In this document: positions 1 to 8,172 of the stretch, one piece after another | Layout of the letters: the number at the start of each line of letters is the position of its first letter | How positions within the stretch are numbered: position 1 is the stretch's first letter | Origin: a virus | Taxonomy: Duplodnaviria; Caudoviricetes | DNA: 63,015 bases | Reading direction: 5' to 3' (one strand) | Virus record (IMG/VR): IMGVR_UViG_3300027983_000014 | Location: 1-63,015 of that record | The notes under the pieces: generated by a model | What the model saw: the letters and a program-made list of their open reading frames with translations, nothing else | Databases searched by the model: none | What the model was told of the DNA's origin: nothing | Program-made: the position numbers and the translations under genes

Positions 1-204
1 GTCCGGCGGGATGTTAGTACCGACAGCAAGCTTTGCCAAGGTGATGGCGTAATCTTCAATCCCGGCCGTCGGGACCTGACTGCCTCGACCAGAGGCGTGA
101 TCGTGCTCGTCAACACGCGCCCAGTTGTCGGCAAGCTGTCCGCTATCGTAGGGATCAGTAGTAAGGTTCCAAACCTTAAGCCCTAAATTTGGCGTGGTAA
201 TCAT
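1..204 (-). CDS. Partial CDS running off the left edge; tail-fibre/virion-protein-like N-terminus
   Basis: ATG at 204 directly follows the amidase stop. Translates MITTPNLGLKVWNLTTDPYDSGQLADNWARVDEHDH...AITLAKLA, open to position 1; TPNLGL and ITxAKLA motifs are typical of fibre proteins. Confidence 0.6.
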   Translation of the reverse strand, partial: MITTPNLGLKVWNLTTDPYDSGQLADNWARVDEHDHASGRGSQVPTAGIEDYAITLAKLAVGTNIPPD

Positions 205-1044
205 TTAGACAAAAAGCTTCTTCCAAGTCTCTTTCCCCACTATACCATCAACGGTAAGCTTTTTAGACTTTTGGAATTTTTTAACGGCGGCTTCTGTTTT
301 GGCACCAAATTTGCCGTCTGCTTGGACCTTAAGCTTTTTCTGAATCGCCTCTACGCTCTTGCCTTTGCCACCGAACCTAAGTGTGCGGCCGGGGAATCTA
401 GGCGGGGTTGGTGAGGATTTGGGCTTAGGCTTAGGCTTGGTCGGGGCAGGAGCAAGGGTCCCGCCTGTGTCAGGCTTGGGCTTGGGCTTGACTGCGGCCT
501 TGCCGTCCCGAATTTCTTTGGCGAGCTTGAGCACATGCTGGAACGGATAGCCTTCTCCGCAGTCGCCATGGTTCCCTCCCTCGGCGCCAAGGTAAGAGTG
601 TTGAACGACTCCCGAAAGCAAGACCTTGCCCTTAAACACTCGGCCCCTGCGGATTGGGATGTTATGCTCCTTAGACCAGTAAACGATCCACTCTGCGGTG
701 TTCCGCAACTGCTTCTGATTCTCTTTGAGCCATGTCGATTGAGCAGTAGCCGCAAAGCCGATTTGCTCGATGTTCAAAGAGGCGCTGTTATAGGCCGCGC
801 AGGTCCATGCTTTCTTGCGATCATCGACAAAGCGCGCATCGTTACCCTCAGCGTCATTGCCAACGTGCGAAGAGGCTTGAGCAGACGGATTGCTGAACCA
901 GCTCGCCAAGTTCTTTAAGTCCTCAAGACCCGGGCGATTATGTCCTTCGGTCGTATGCAATACGATTAGCCGGATCTTAGATCCCGGCTGGCGCTCGGAC
1001 TGGTTGGTTACGTAGTTTGTGACTTCTGGTTTGGGGGTCATCAT
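205..1044 (-). CDS. Endolysin: N-acetylmuramoyl-L-alanine amidase (Amidase_2-like) with C-terminal peptidoglycan-binding domain
   Basis: IVLHTTEG, ASSH, AW-x-C, SLNIE and H...HGDCG amidase motifs; PKPKP linker; DGKFGAKTEAAVKKFQ...VDGIVGKETW PG-binding repeat. Confidence 0.9.
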   Translation of the reverse strand: MMTPKPEVTNYVTNQSERQPGSKIRLIVLHTTEGHNRPGLEDLKNLASWFSNPSAQASSHVGNDAEGNDARFVDDRKKAWTCAAYNSASLNIEQIGFAATAQSTWLKENQKQLRNTAEWIVYWSKEHNIPIRRGRVFKGKVLLSGVVQHSYLGAEGGNHGDCGEGYPFQHVLKLAKEIRDGKAAVKPKPKPDTGGTLAPAPTKPKPKPKSSPTPPRFPGRTLRFGGKGKSVEAIQKKLKVQADGKFGAKTEAAVKKFQKSKKLTVDGIVGKETWKKLFV

Positions 1045-1087
1045 CCATTACTCCGCAGGTAACGGCCCATTGTTAGGAGAAGCCAGA

Positions 1088-1176
1088 AGGCGACGGCGGT
1101 TTGCCACTCCGCGACTCGCTGGTATACCAGTGCTCTTTTGAAGGAAGACGCCTTCAGGACTCTGAGCTACGTCGCC
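1088..1176 (-). ncRNA. tRNA-like RNA (pseudo-tRNA or tRNA mimic) lacking a canonical anticodon loop
   Basis: 7-bp acceptor stem GGCGACG/CGTCGCC; TAGCTCAG...AGAGC D-arm with an inserted hairpin; CTGG-TATA-CCAG mini anticodon arm; GCGG/CCGC T-like arm; no encoded CCA. Confidence 0.65.
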
Positions 1177-1184
1177 AGCCCTAT

Positions 1185-1193
1185 AGTATAGCA
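1185..1193 (-). promoter_or_regulatory. Extended -10 promoter (TGC-TATACT) upstream of the tRNA-like RNA
   Basis: TGnTATACT lies 8 nt upstream of the acceptor-stem 5' end. Confidence 0.55.
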
Positions 1194-1197
1194 GAAC

Positions 1198-1428
1198 CTA
1201 AAGCAGAATGCGAAGAACTTGATCTTTGGTTGCGCCTGAGTCAAGAAGCTGGCGTACATGATGATGGTCAACCCGGATGGCATAGCGTCGGTTGACCTCT
1301 CCCTTGACCACCGAGGTCCGGAAAGAATCGGACAGCTTGGCCGCATCCTCGTTAGAGAACCCTAGCTCTGCAATCAACATCACTCGATATTCTTCCAGCG
1401 ATGTCATGTTGGTGTCGGTAGTTGCCAT
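1198..1428 (-). CDS. Hypothetical protein (76 aa)
   Basis: ORF fits the operon; AGAGAGGG upstream. Confidence 0.6.
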   Translation of the reverse strand: MATTDTNMTSLEEYRVMLIAELGFSNEDAAKLSDSFRTSVVKGEVNRRYAIRVDHHHVRQLLDSGATKDQVLRILL

Positions 1429-1451
1429 TGTCTGTTGCCCTCTCTGGCAGA

Positions 1452-1646
1452 TCAGTCTTTCAGATTTTGCTCTGCCCTAACCTTTTGAGGCGGGATGACA
1501 GAGAATGCAGCGTATAATGCTAGCAATGCTACCACAACCCCAGTCAGCGACAAGCTGAGGCCGGGATCGATGACCCGAGCCGCGACTAAAGCGCTTAGTG
1601 TTGCTGCCACTACGCCTTTCAGTGCTTCCACTTTTGATTTGTTCAT
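1452..1646 (-). CDS. Putative holin (2 TM segments, 64 aa)
   Basis: MNKSKVEALKGVVAATLSALVAA...LTGVVVALLALYAAFSV: two hydrophobic helices, GGGGAG RBS, located between two lysins. Confidence 0.65.
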   Translation of the reverse strand: MNKSKVEALKGVVAATLSALVAARVIDPGLSLSLTGVVVALLALYAAFSVIPPQKVRAEQNLKD

Positions 1647-1657
1647 TGTTCTCTCCC

Positions 1658-2113
1658 CTATTTCTTCTTTTTTGCAGCTTTGTAACGGGCAAACCAATAT
1701 GTTGCGCGTGGAGTCATCCCTCCGCGAAACGTCATGTGCCATGGTTCCGACATCGCGTCTGAAGAAAGTTTTCCTCCTGCGATGCCCCACCTAAATCTAT
1801 GACCGTATTTTCTTACCATGGCTTGCATTTGGTCAGACGGCAAGTCGCAGGCCTTGCCCAGACCATGATTGCTGGTTCCGGGTCGAGCGGCTAGAGGTCC
1901 GTTGCCGTTTTGATAGTTGTTGTAGTACTCCACTTGCTTGGCGTAAGTCCTATACGCACTGTTAGGACCAGTTGGAGTAAGCCAGACCCCTGTTTCGCGG
2001 CCGATGAAGTATCTCATCGCCAAGTAGCTGCGTGCCGCTGCCCCAGAAGCAAGCCTTCCTCCCGGGATGCTGGTCAGAGCGCTACTAGGAAATTTTCCAT
2101 TTGAGTAACCCAT
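1658..2113 (-). CDS. M15 (VanY-like) peptidoglycan peptidase, second lysin
   Basis: SAYRTY-x-KQ, AARPGTSNHGLG-x-ACD and EPWH zinc motifs; AGGAG RBS. Confidence 0.85.
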   Translation of the reverse strand: MGYSNGKFPSSALTSIPGGRLASGAAARSYLAMRYFIGRETGVWLTPTGPNSAYRTYAKQVEYYNNYQNGNGPLAARPGTSNHGLGKACDLPSDQMQAMVRKYGHRFRWGIAGGKLSSDAMSEPWHMTFRGGMTPRATYWFARYKAAKKKK

Positions 2114-2166
2114 TTGTTCTCCTAATATTTACACCACGGAGCAAGGGTAAATTGTTTGCTAGCGAT

Positions 2167-2592
2167 TTAATAAATGTCCTTCACAAATTCATCGAAGCCT
2201 TCGAAGTCAGACATGGCCCCATCGGGATAACCGCCGTGACGCACCGGCAGGGCGTGTTTCTCTGCCACTTTAAGAACTGAGTCGCGCAATTGTGGGTGGG
2301 TTTCAATTATGGCAATCGGCTGGGCATACTCAGCCTGCCAATATGCCCCTCCCACGTCGACCTCGCCCCATCCCATGATGGCCACAACGATGTTGTTCTC
2401 GTTATCTTCTAAGCACAAGTTGGCTCGATATGTGCGGCAACCGATTTTGTCCTGACAGTAGAGCGGTTCTCCAACCGGCCAAACCTCAGCGGGCTTTTTT
2501 AGTGTCTTCAATTGGTGCCCGTTTGTATACCCAAACCACCGGATCCCGACCGCAGGTCGATCTTCAGTAATCGTATAAGTGGTTAAAGGCAC
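2167..2592 (-). CDS. Hypothetical protein (141 aa)
   Basis: ORF in operon. Confidence 0.55.
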   Translation of the reverse strand: MPLTTYTITEDRPAVGIRWFGYTNGHQLKTLKKPAEVWPVGEPLYCQDKIGCRTYRANLCLEDNENNIVVAIMGWGEVDVGGAYWQAEYAQPIAIIETHPQLRDSVLKVAEKHALPVRHGGYPDGAMSDFEGFDEFVKDIY

Positions 2593-2595
2593 GAT

Positions 2596-2916
2596 CTAAT
2601 TATACTCAATATCTACGATCTTGTATCGGCCGCCCGAGAAGACTTGAAGAAGCGCCGTCGTAGGGCCGTAAAAAGTGGCACTGTCGACTATCAGCGAGTA
2701 TGATCCGGGGATCACACTCAAAGTGGCGTTGCCGTCGCCGTCGGTAGTGGCGGTCGTGTCTGAATATGTGTCGCCAGTGACATTGGGCGTTCTGGCAGCT
2801 TCCCGAATGGTCACCGTGGCGCCATTGACATTGTCTGTCGTAAAGCGCTCTTTGACATTGATGGTAATGCTTTCGGATCCCGGAAGGATGTTGACGTAAA
2901 CTGTGTCGGCCATCAT
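2596..2916 (-). CDS. Small beta-sandwich (carboxypeptidase-regulatory-like) protein
   Basis: GATVTI...TTDGDGNATLSVIPGSYSL pattern. Confidence 0.5.
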   Translation of the reverse strand: MMADTVYVNILPGSESITINVKERFTTDNVNGATVTIREAARTPNVTGDTYSDTTATTDGDGNATLSVIPGSYSLIVDSATFYGPTTALLQVFSGGRYKIVDIEYN

Positions 2917-2953
2917 CCTTTACCGTCTTGCTGCGATAAGCGATCTAGCGCTA

Positions 2954-5900
2954 TCAGATTCCGCAGGACCCGCCTCGACACTTTTCTTCATCTTCTTCAA
3001 AGACTACGCCGATATGATTTATCGCCTGTTCATAAGGAACCGTTGTTAGGGGCTGACCACCACGGCTGCCGTCAGGATAGGCGGTTACGCCGCGAAGCTT
3101 AGGCAGATGCTTATAAAGCATGTCCGCAAACCCCTCGGCCTCCTTTTCATCCTCAATCGCGTAAGGCAGGTTGATAGTAGACGAAATTGCATGATCGACC
3201 CATTGCTGAACCCATGCTTGAAATACAACGCGCTTTTCCACATTATAAGACAAAGCATAAGCGTCTTCGATGCTGTCAGGGTCGACACCATCCCGCTCGA
3301 TCAATCTTTGAGCAGTCGGATCGATGACATATTGGTAGTTGACCTTGTCTTTCCCATTAGTCTGAGCGGTCCGGACGCGACGCTTGAAAGCAACAGCGAA
3401 AATCGGCTCGATGCCTGTAGTTGTCTCCGCAACAATTCCGATGGTGCCGGTCGGAGCGATTGCTCGCGTCTTAACCGGCCTGCTGAGATTGTGCTGATCG
3501 GCCCACTCGGCTGCGTGATCCGTAGACGAAGCATAGAGGTCTAGCCATCCGGCCAGCTCGTCATTCGGTCCGTATTCGTAGCCCTTCTTAAGAAGCCATT
3601 CGTGGATCCCCATGAGGCCTAGGCCAAGGCGTCTGTTCTTTTCACGAACGTCATGGACCTTGTCGTAGGGGAGATCTGAATACACCGTCCCGGCGACGAG
3701 GAAGAGCGTTCCGTATTTGACAAGATCTGCCATCTCTTCCTTACTTTCTACATTAGCCAGATTGATACTGCCCAAGTTGCAGACGTCCGAATCGTCATGG
3801 CTAGTTAATTCTGTGCAATTAGAAATGATCACACCTTCGGCCATAAACGAATGCTCCAAAGCGTGCACATCGGCACAATAAACGTCTTCAACGCCATCTT
3901 CTACAACCTCGATCACCTTCACGAAAGACTGACGGTAGGAGACATAGTCACCCATCTTGGGCTTTAGCCGATGTGTCGGGATGGTTTCAGCAAAATCTTT
4001 GTTTGAGTCCGAGGCGACAACCAATTGATGAATCTGGCCTTTGCCATTGGAGATATGAGACAGGATGCCAACCTGCTCAAGCGCCCTTGACACGCCCCTC
4101 AGGAACCCTCGGTGCTTGGAAGAAAGCCTGATTCTTTGTTGATTGCCTTCGTAGTTTCCGTCAGCATCAAATAAACCGGCGATGAATGATTTTATCGTGT
4201 CGCTATCAGCTTCGTAAAGATCTTCTGGGAACCGGTCTTTAGGGCGCCCAGACCATTTTTCATCAACGCTAAAGTAGAGACGCGTATAACCTCTGCTGTC
4301 AGATTCGTTGACTGAGGCCGCTCCTACAAGCGCCGGGGCGCAGGCCTTGGATTCTTCTGTACAAAGCGTAAGGTCCACTCCGCCAGCCTTATGGAAAGAC
4401 CCGTCTCCATAAATGAATCCGAGCGTATAAGCCTCTTTGTCAATTTGGGTGCTGACAGGGTCCGGCAGAGCGACATGCAGCCGGTCGCTAGGCCGAAGGT
4501 TCTTGGCCTTAACGCGCACGATGGCATCCAGCCTCCTTCTACTTTTGCCTAGCCCCACCCACTTCTCAACCAAGAATTCGTGGTCCGGCTCGCAACGGAT
4601 GTTCCGTCCGCCAGTCATTGTAACCTTGAAAATACGGGCATCTTCGTATGTCTTCGCGAAGACGACATTCTCGGCCCACCGCATCCCGGTCCACACCGTC
4701 GTGGGTTGGTCCACAATTGCCCCTACGGCCTTGTAGCCTTTGTCGGTCAGCACATGGGTCGCCGCCACTACTGGCGCATTCCTTAAGGTCTCGCCAGCAT
4801 TGTCTCCTACGTCAATACTTAGCCCCGGCTCGGCAGTTTTAACCATGTTCTCGACGGTCATTTTGTAGATCTTTTTGGCGATCTCGTGCTTGTCGTGCGA
4901 CTCGTCGTCGTAGGCTTGAAAGAATTCGTCATTGAGGAGAACAGAAATATTCGTGAACTCCATCTCGGCCGGGAAAGAGAAGTCCTTTTCTTTGATCGCC
5001 CGAATTTCATCCGGCCAATTCTTCATGTTGATGAAGTCTTCGCAGTCTTCGTGATCCCACCTAAGACCGGCCCAGATCGCGGAATTGTGAACAAGGTATC
5101 CGTTGGTTACGAATTCACTTTTATCCTCTACCTCGATGTCCCAAGTTTCGACAGAGCGGGCCGGTCCGATTCCAATAACCTTGACCGGAGTGAATGTTTG
5201 TGGACCAAAATCTTTCTCAATTTGGTCGATGGAGATTGATAAGTCGTCCTTGCGCTTGGTGCTAACAAGTTTTCTTGGCAGCGAATATGAATGCTGGCTC
5301 CCGGTGCGGGGAGTGTAGGCGGTCTTATGACCGATGCCTCCCACCATGTCTAGATAGAGTTTAACATTTTTGTTGCTAACAATGTTCAGATGATAGAGGG
5401 ACTTCCAGTTTCCTCGCTCTGATCGGACCAGACAGATCCGGCTTGCAACGCCCAGCGTTGAAAGGAGGATTTGGACTTCCTCAAGGTGTTCCTTGTAGAC
5501 CGATGAGGCAATATTAAACGGTCGAGTATCACAAGATCCGTCTGCGTCTTGTAAGCCAGCCACATAAGCCGCTCGGATTAGCGGTGAACCATTTTGGATA
5601 AATTTAGGAATCGATATGGAGACCCCGCTTTGCTTAAACTGAGACATGTAGGAAGCAAGCTGTACCGAATAGACCATGACAACCGAACAGTCTCCGTCAC
5701 CTTCTACGATCTTGACTCCCTCCGCCCACCTCGAAAGCTCACTAACGGCGGCTTCAATAATTTCTGGACGGTCGTTTGCGCAGGCGATACCGATCCTTCC
5801 ATGTCTTTTGGTCCCAGAACTATTGTCGTCGCGTAAGGATACGTGCCCGTCGCCATGGATCAAACCAAGAAGCCATGCAGACCCTTCATCAAGGTCTGGA

Positions 5901-6814
5901 ACGGTTATACTCTTTACCGACGCCAGCCGCATCGCACGCCAGCTTCCAAGTGCCGGTTTGTCGTATGTGTTTGCTGGCCAACAAGTATCTTGTCCTTCGG
6001 TACAAGCATTCACAAAGTAAAGACTGTCCCCATCTTCAAGGTCCCCCGCTTCTTTCCAAGAGTAGCTCCCGAGTCCGTCAAGAACTGCGACCCTGTGGTT
6101 TGAGGTGCACTCTAGTGCCCCATTCTGTGTTTTTACAAAAATTGTATCTTGGATGCCTTGATTAATAACCCCGGTTACTTTGCGATATCCATCAGAAGTC
6201 ATAACATTATCTCCGACCTGAACTTCAGAGATTGCCTTAGTTTCGTACTGGGTGTGAACGGGAGAATCAAATGGCAAGCACCTTCGAGCACCGCCCTGCA
6301 TGACGCCGCGACCAACCTCATTGACCATGCGCATCAAGCTCAAAGGCCCTGAGGCTACTCCGCCAGTACGACGGATACGGGAACCCGAACAGCGGACCTC
6401 GGAATAGTCTACACCGATACCAGCGCCCGTTTGTAACGCCATGGCCGACCTGTATAGAAGCTCTGCCCAACCCTCGCGACTGTCTTCAGCCTTAAGCAAA
6501 AGGCAATTTTGGATTTGATGAAGCCCTCTGCCGGATGCGTATAGATAACGACCACCGGGCATGAACTTGCGTTGCTCAATGAAAGATAAGATCTTCTGAA
6601 ACTCTTCGTCGTAAGGGCCGTAGCCGAGAGTGCCGAGGACGTTAGAAGTCACTCGAAGGGCTGTCTGTGGCCAATCTTCAACGACATTTCCATCTTCATC
6701 TCGCCAAGCGTATTTCTGTTCGTAGACGCTTCTGGCGAACTCGCTCATCTTGGTCTTGGTCTTGGTCTCTGGAGCCTCTGTCTTTTCTGGCTCCGCTACA
6801 TCTGGTGGCATCAT
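2954..6814 (-). CDS. nrdJ: Class II (adenosylcobalamin-dependent) ribonucleotide reductase with two inteins; about 568 aa after splicing
   Basis: FMPGGR, NCLL, GIGVDYS, GGARR|SA, RNA|CTE catalytic motif, CNLGSINL, RRLGLGLMG, IAPTGT, C-terminal CRGGSC. No class I YY pair and no nrdB in the window. Confidence 0.9.
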   Translation of the reverse strand: MMPPDVAEPEKTEAPETKTKTKMSEFARSVYEQKYAWRDEDGNVVEDWPQTALRVTSNVLGTLGYGPYDEEFQKILSFIEQRKFMPGGRYLYASGRGLHQIQNCLLLKAEDSREGWAELLYRSAMALQTGAGIGVDYSEVRCSGSRIRRTGGVASGPLSLMRMVNEVGRGVMQGGARRCLPFDSPVHTQYETKAISEVQVGDNVMTSDGYRKVTGVINQGIQDTIFVKTQNGALECTSNHRVAVLDGLGSYSWKEAGDLEDGDSLYFVNACTEGQDTCWPANTYDKPALGSWRAMRLASVKSITVPDLDEGSAWLLGLIHGDGHVSLRDDNSSGTKRHGRIGIACANDRPEIIEAAVSELSRWAEGVKIVEGDGDCSVVMVYSVQLASYMSQFKQSGVSISIPKFIQNGSPLIRAAYVAGLQDADGSCDTRPFNIASSVYKEHLEEVQILLSTLGVASRICLVRSERGNWKSLYHLNIVSNKNVKLYLDMVGGIGHKTAYTPRTGSQHSYSLPRKLVSTKRKDDLSISIDQIEKDFGPQTFTPVKVIGIGPARSVETWDIEVEDKSEFVTNGYLVHNSAIWAGLRWDHEDCEDFINMKNWPDEIRAIKEKDFSFPAEMEFTNISVLLNDEFFQAYDDESHDKHEIAKKIYKMTVENMVKTAEPGLSIDVGDNAGETLRNAPVVAATHVLTDKGYKAVGAIVDQPTTVWTGMRWAENVVFAKTYEDARIFKVTMTGGRNIRCEPDHEFLVEKWVGLGKSRRRLDAIVRVKAKNLRPSDRLHVALPDPVSTQIDKEAYTLGFIYGDGSFHKAGGVDLTLCTEESKACAPALVGAASVNESDSRGYTRLYFSVDEKWSGRPKDRFPEDLYEADSDTIKSFIAGLFDADGNYEGNQQRIRLSSKHRGFLRGVSRALEQVGILSHISNGKGQIHQLVVASDSNKDFAETIPTHRLKPKMGDYVSYRQSFVKVIEVVEDGVEDVYCADVHALEHSFMAEGVIISNCTELTSHDDSDVCNLGSINLANVESKEEMADLVKYGTLFLVAGTVYSDLPYDKVHDVREKNRRLGLGLMGIHEWLLKKGYEYGPNDELAGWLDLYASSTDHAAEWADQHNLSRPVKTRAIAPTGTIGIVAETTTGIEPIFAVAFKRRVRTAQTNGKDKVNYQYVIDPTAQRLIERDGVDPDSIEDAYALSYNVEKRVVFQAWVQQWVDHAISSTINLPYAIEDEKEAEGFADMLYKHLPKLRGVTAYPDGSRGGQPLTTVPYEQAINHIGVVFEEDEEKCRGGSCGI
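3818..4774 (-). mobile_element. Intein 2 (319 aa, LAGLIDADG endonuclease), atypical Pro1 / block-F Cys, inserted just before the RNR catalytic Cys
   Basis: RNA|PVVAATHVLT...CEPDHEF...LGFIYGDG...IAGLFDADG...VYCADV...GVIISN|CTE. Confidence 0.85.
5084..6280 (-). mobile_element. Intein 1 (399 aa, canonical class 1, LAGLIDADG endonuclease)
   Basis: GGARR|CLPFDS...CTSNH...LGLIHGDG...VAGLQDADG...TWDIEV...LVHN|SA. Confidence 0.92.
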
Positions 6815-6964
6815 ACTGATCTCTTTTCTGACTTCTATATGTCGCAGACTTATGTCGCGTAACCGTTAGTGGTCGTCCAGCCTTTAGTTGCAGTGGAAAG
6901 CTAGCTTGCTCAAAGCATCCGCAGAGTCTATCAAACTGAATCTAAGATTGAGGCTTGACACGCA

Positions 6965-6973
6965 TGGTATAAT
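6965..6973 (+). promoter_or_regulatory. Extended -10 promoter TGG-TATAAT
   Basis: Perfect TATAAT preceded by TG; the nearby TTGACA (6955-6960) is too close to act as its -35. Confidence 0.55.
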
Positions 6974-6979
6974 CGCGCA

Positions 6980-7265
6980 CGGGAGCGCGTAGCGCGCCCG
7001 CGCACTGGGCCTCATAGTGAGCGTAAACTACAACTATTATGTTGTTTAGATTTTAGAGACACTACAGATAGAATTTTTAGAGAATTTAGATTTGCGTGCT
7101 AACTCATTAGCAACGTTTCCCACAGACCAATGTTTCCCGCCAGCGCAAACGTCCAGTTTGGGGAAACACTTGCATAGCTTCAGTTGGTCTGCTACAGTCG
7201 TCCTGTTGGTAGTTAGTGCCTCCTCGGGAAACGCCTCGGCATGCTGTCGGGGCGTTTTTCTGTTT
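6980..7265 (+). ncRNA. Candidate structured non-coding RNA or attenuator leader
   Basis: Lies between a promoter and a terminator. Nested inverted repeats CAGACCAA/TTGGTCTG, TGTTTCCC/GGGAAACA and CGTTTCCC/GGGAAACG; no convincing ORF. Confidence 0.45.
7228..7265 (+). terminator. Intrinsic terminator
   Basis: AAACGCCTCGGCA-TGC-TGTCGGGGCGTTT hairpin followed by TTCTGTTT. Confidence 0.7.
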
Positions 7266-7269
7266 GGGC

Positions 7270-7298
7270 TTCCAATCTTCGGAGGTTGCTGCTAACAT
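7270..7298 (+). promoter_or_regulatory. Leaderless promoter for the replication operon
   Basis: TTCCAA-17 nt-TAACAT with TG extension; ATG 6 nt downstream. Confidence 0.5.
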
Positions 7299-7304
7299 CC
7301 GGTT

Positions 7305-7625
7305 ATGGAGCTTCGCCCATATCAGGCGTGCAGGACTTCAGAGGGCTGGTGGCCAGTTGAAGTCGAGTCGTCAAGAGGCGACGGATCGAAGTATGTCGTC
7401 ATGGTTTGTCCATGGGGCAACGCTGTCGAGAACATCTGCGAATGTGCCGGATACACATATCGCGGGGGCTGTCGGCATCAAACCGAAGCGATGGATGCAC
7501 TTTGCGGCTGGATGGAAATCCATGATCCGCAAAAGTATGTCCAGACAGACGATCAACGACGACTAAAGGTCTGCCCTTGTTGCGGAGGACCGACGGTTTG
7601 GAAAATGGAGGTAGAGGATGAGTAA
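7305..7625 (+). CDS. SWIM zinc-finger protein
   Basis: CECAGYTYRGGCRH (CxC...CxH) plus CPCCG. Confidence 0.75.
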   Translation: MELRPYQACRTSEGWWPVEVESSRGDGSKYVVMVCPWGNAVENICECAGYTYRGGCRHQTEAMDALCGWMEIHDPQKYVQTDDQRRLKVCPCCGGPTVWKMEVEDE

Positions 7626-8172
7626 TCTCGATACGGTCACAGAACAATTGGCCACGGCCTACAAAGGATGGAAGTCTGGCGAGAAAGCCAAGAACAAGCT
7701 TCGCGATGAATTCTTTGAGGCTGTCGACTCGCAAATAACAAATGGCAATCTGGCCGAAAAGTATTCGAGCGTGGATGCCCCAGATGAACTTTCGGCCCGG
7801 GACCGGTTCAAGAAACAGAACCCGACTTGGGTGATAACTGAAATCCGAAAAGGCGAAGGGGATGTCTGGGAAGCCGTGCTGACCGAGAACCCGGAGTTCG
7901 TCGCCTTCACCTACGTCAACAAGGATCTAGGCGTCGTATTTCAGAAGCAGGTCAGCTCCGGGTCGGTTTACATTGACGATGAAAGGCTTGCCGAGGAAAA
8001 CCCCGATCTCTATGAGGACGTGACGTTTGTCCCAGAGCCAGAGCGGAGACTTAAAGACCTTGAAAGCCTCCCTCCGAATCTGCTTGCCAAGCTGGCTGAT
8101 TACATCTATGAAGGTCGGCCTACCGTCAAGTTGGCCGCTCCTCGCAAGGCGAAGGATGAAGAGCTTGAATAA
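7618..8172 (+). CDS. Hypothetical protein (184 aa)
   Basis: Coupled ORF with GGAGG upstream. Confidence 0.7.
   Translation: MSNLDTVTEQLATAYKGWKSGEKAKNKLRDEFFEAVDSQITNGNLAEKYSSVDAPDELSARDRFKKQNPTWVITEIRKGEGDVWEAVLTENPEFVAFTYVNKDLGVVFQKQVSSGSVYIDDERLAEENPDLYEDVTFVPEPERRLKDLESLPPNLLAKLADYIYEGRPTVKLAAPRKAKDEELE

Noticed and set aside
1088-1176. Functional decoding tRNA
   Set aside because: No 7-nt anticodon loop and no TTC T-loop; reported as tRNA-like instead.
6955-6973. TTGACA plus TATAAT as a consensus -35/-10 pair
   Set aside because: The spacer is 7 nt, not about 17; kept only as an extended -10.
6815-7000. Cobalamin riboswitch upstream of the B12-dependent nrdJ
   Set aside because: Only a CCACTG fragment on the minus strand; the rest of the B12-box architecture could not be built.
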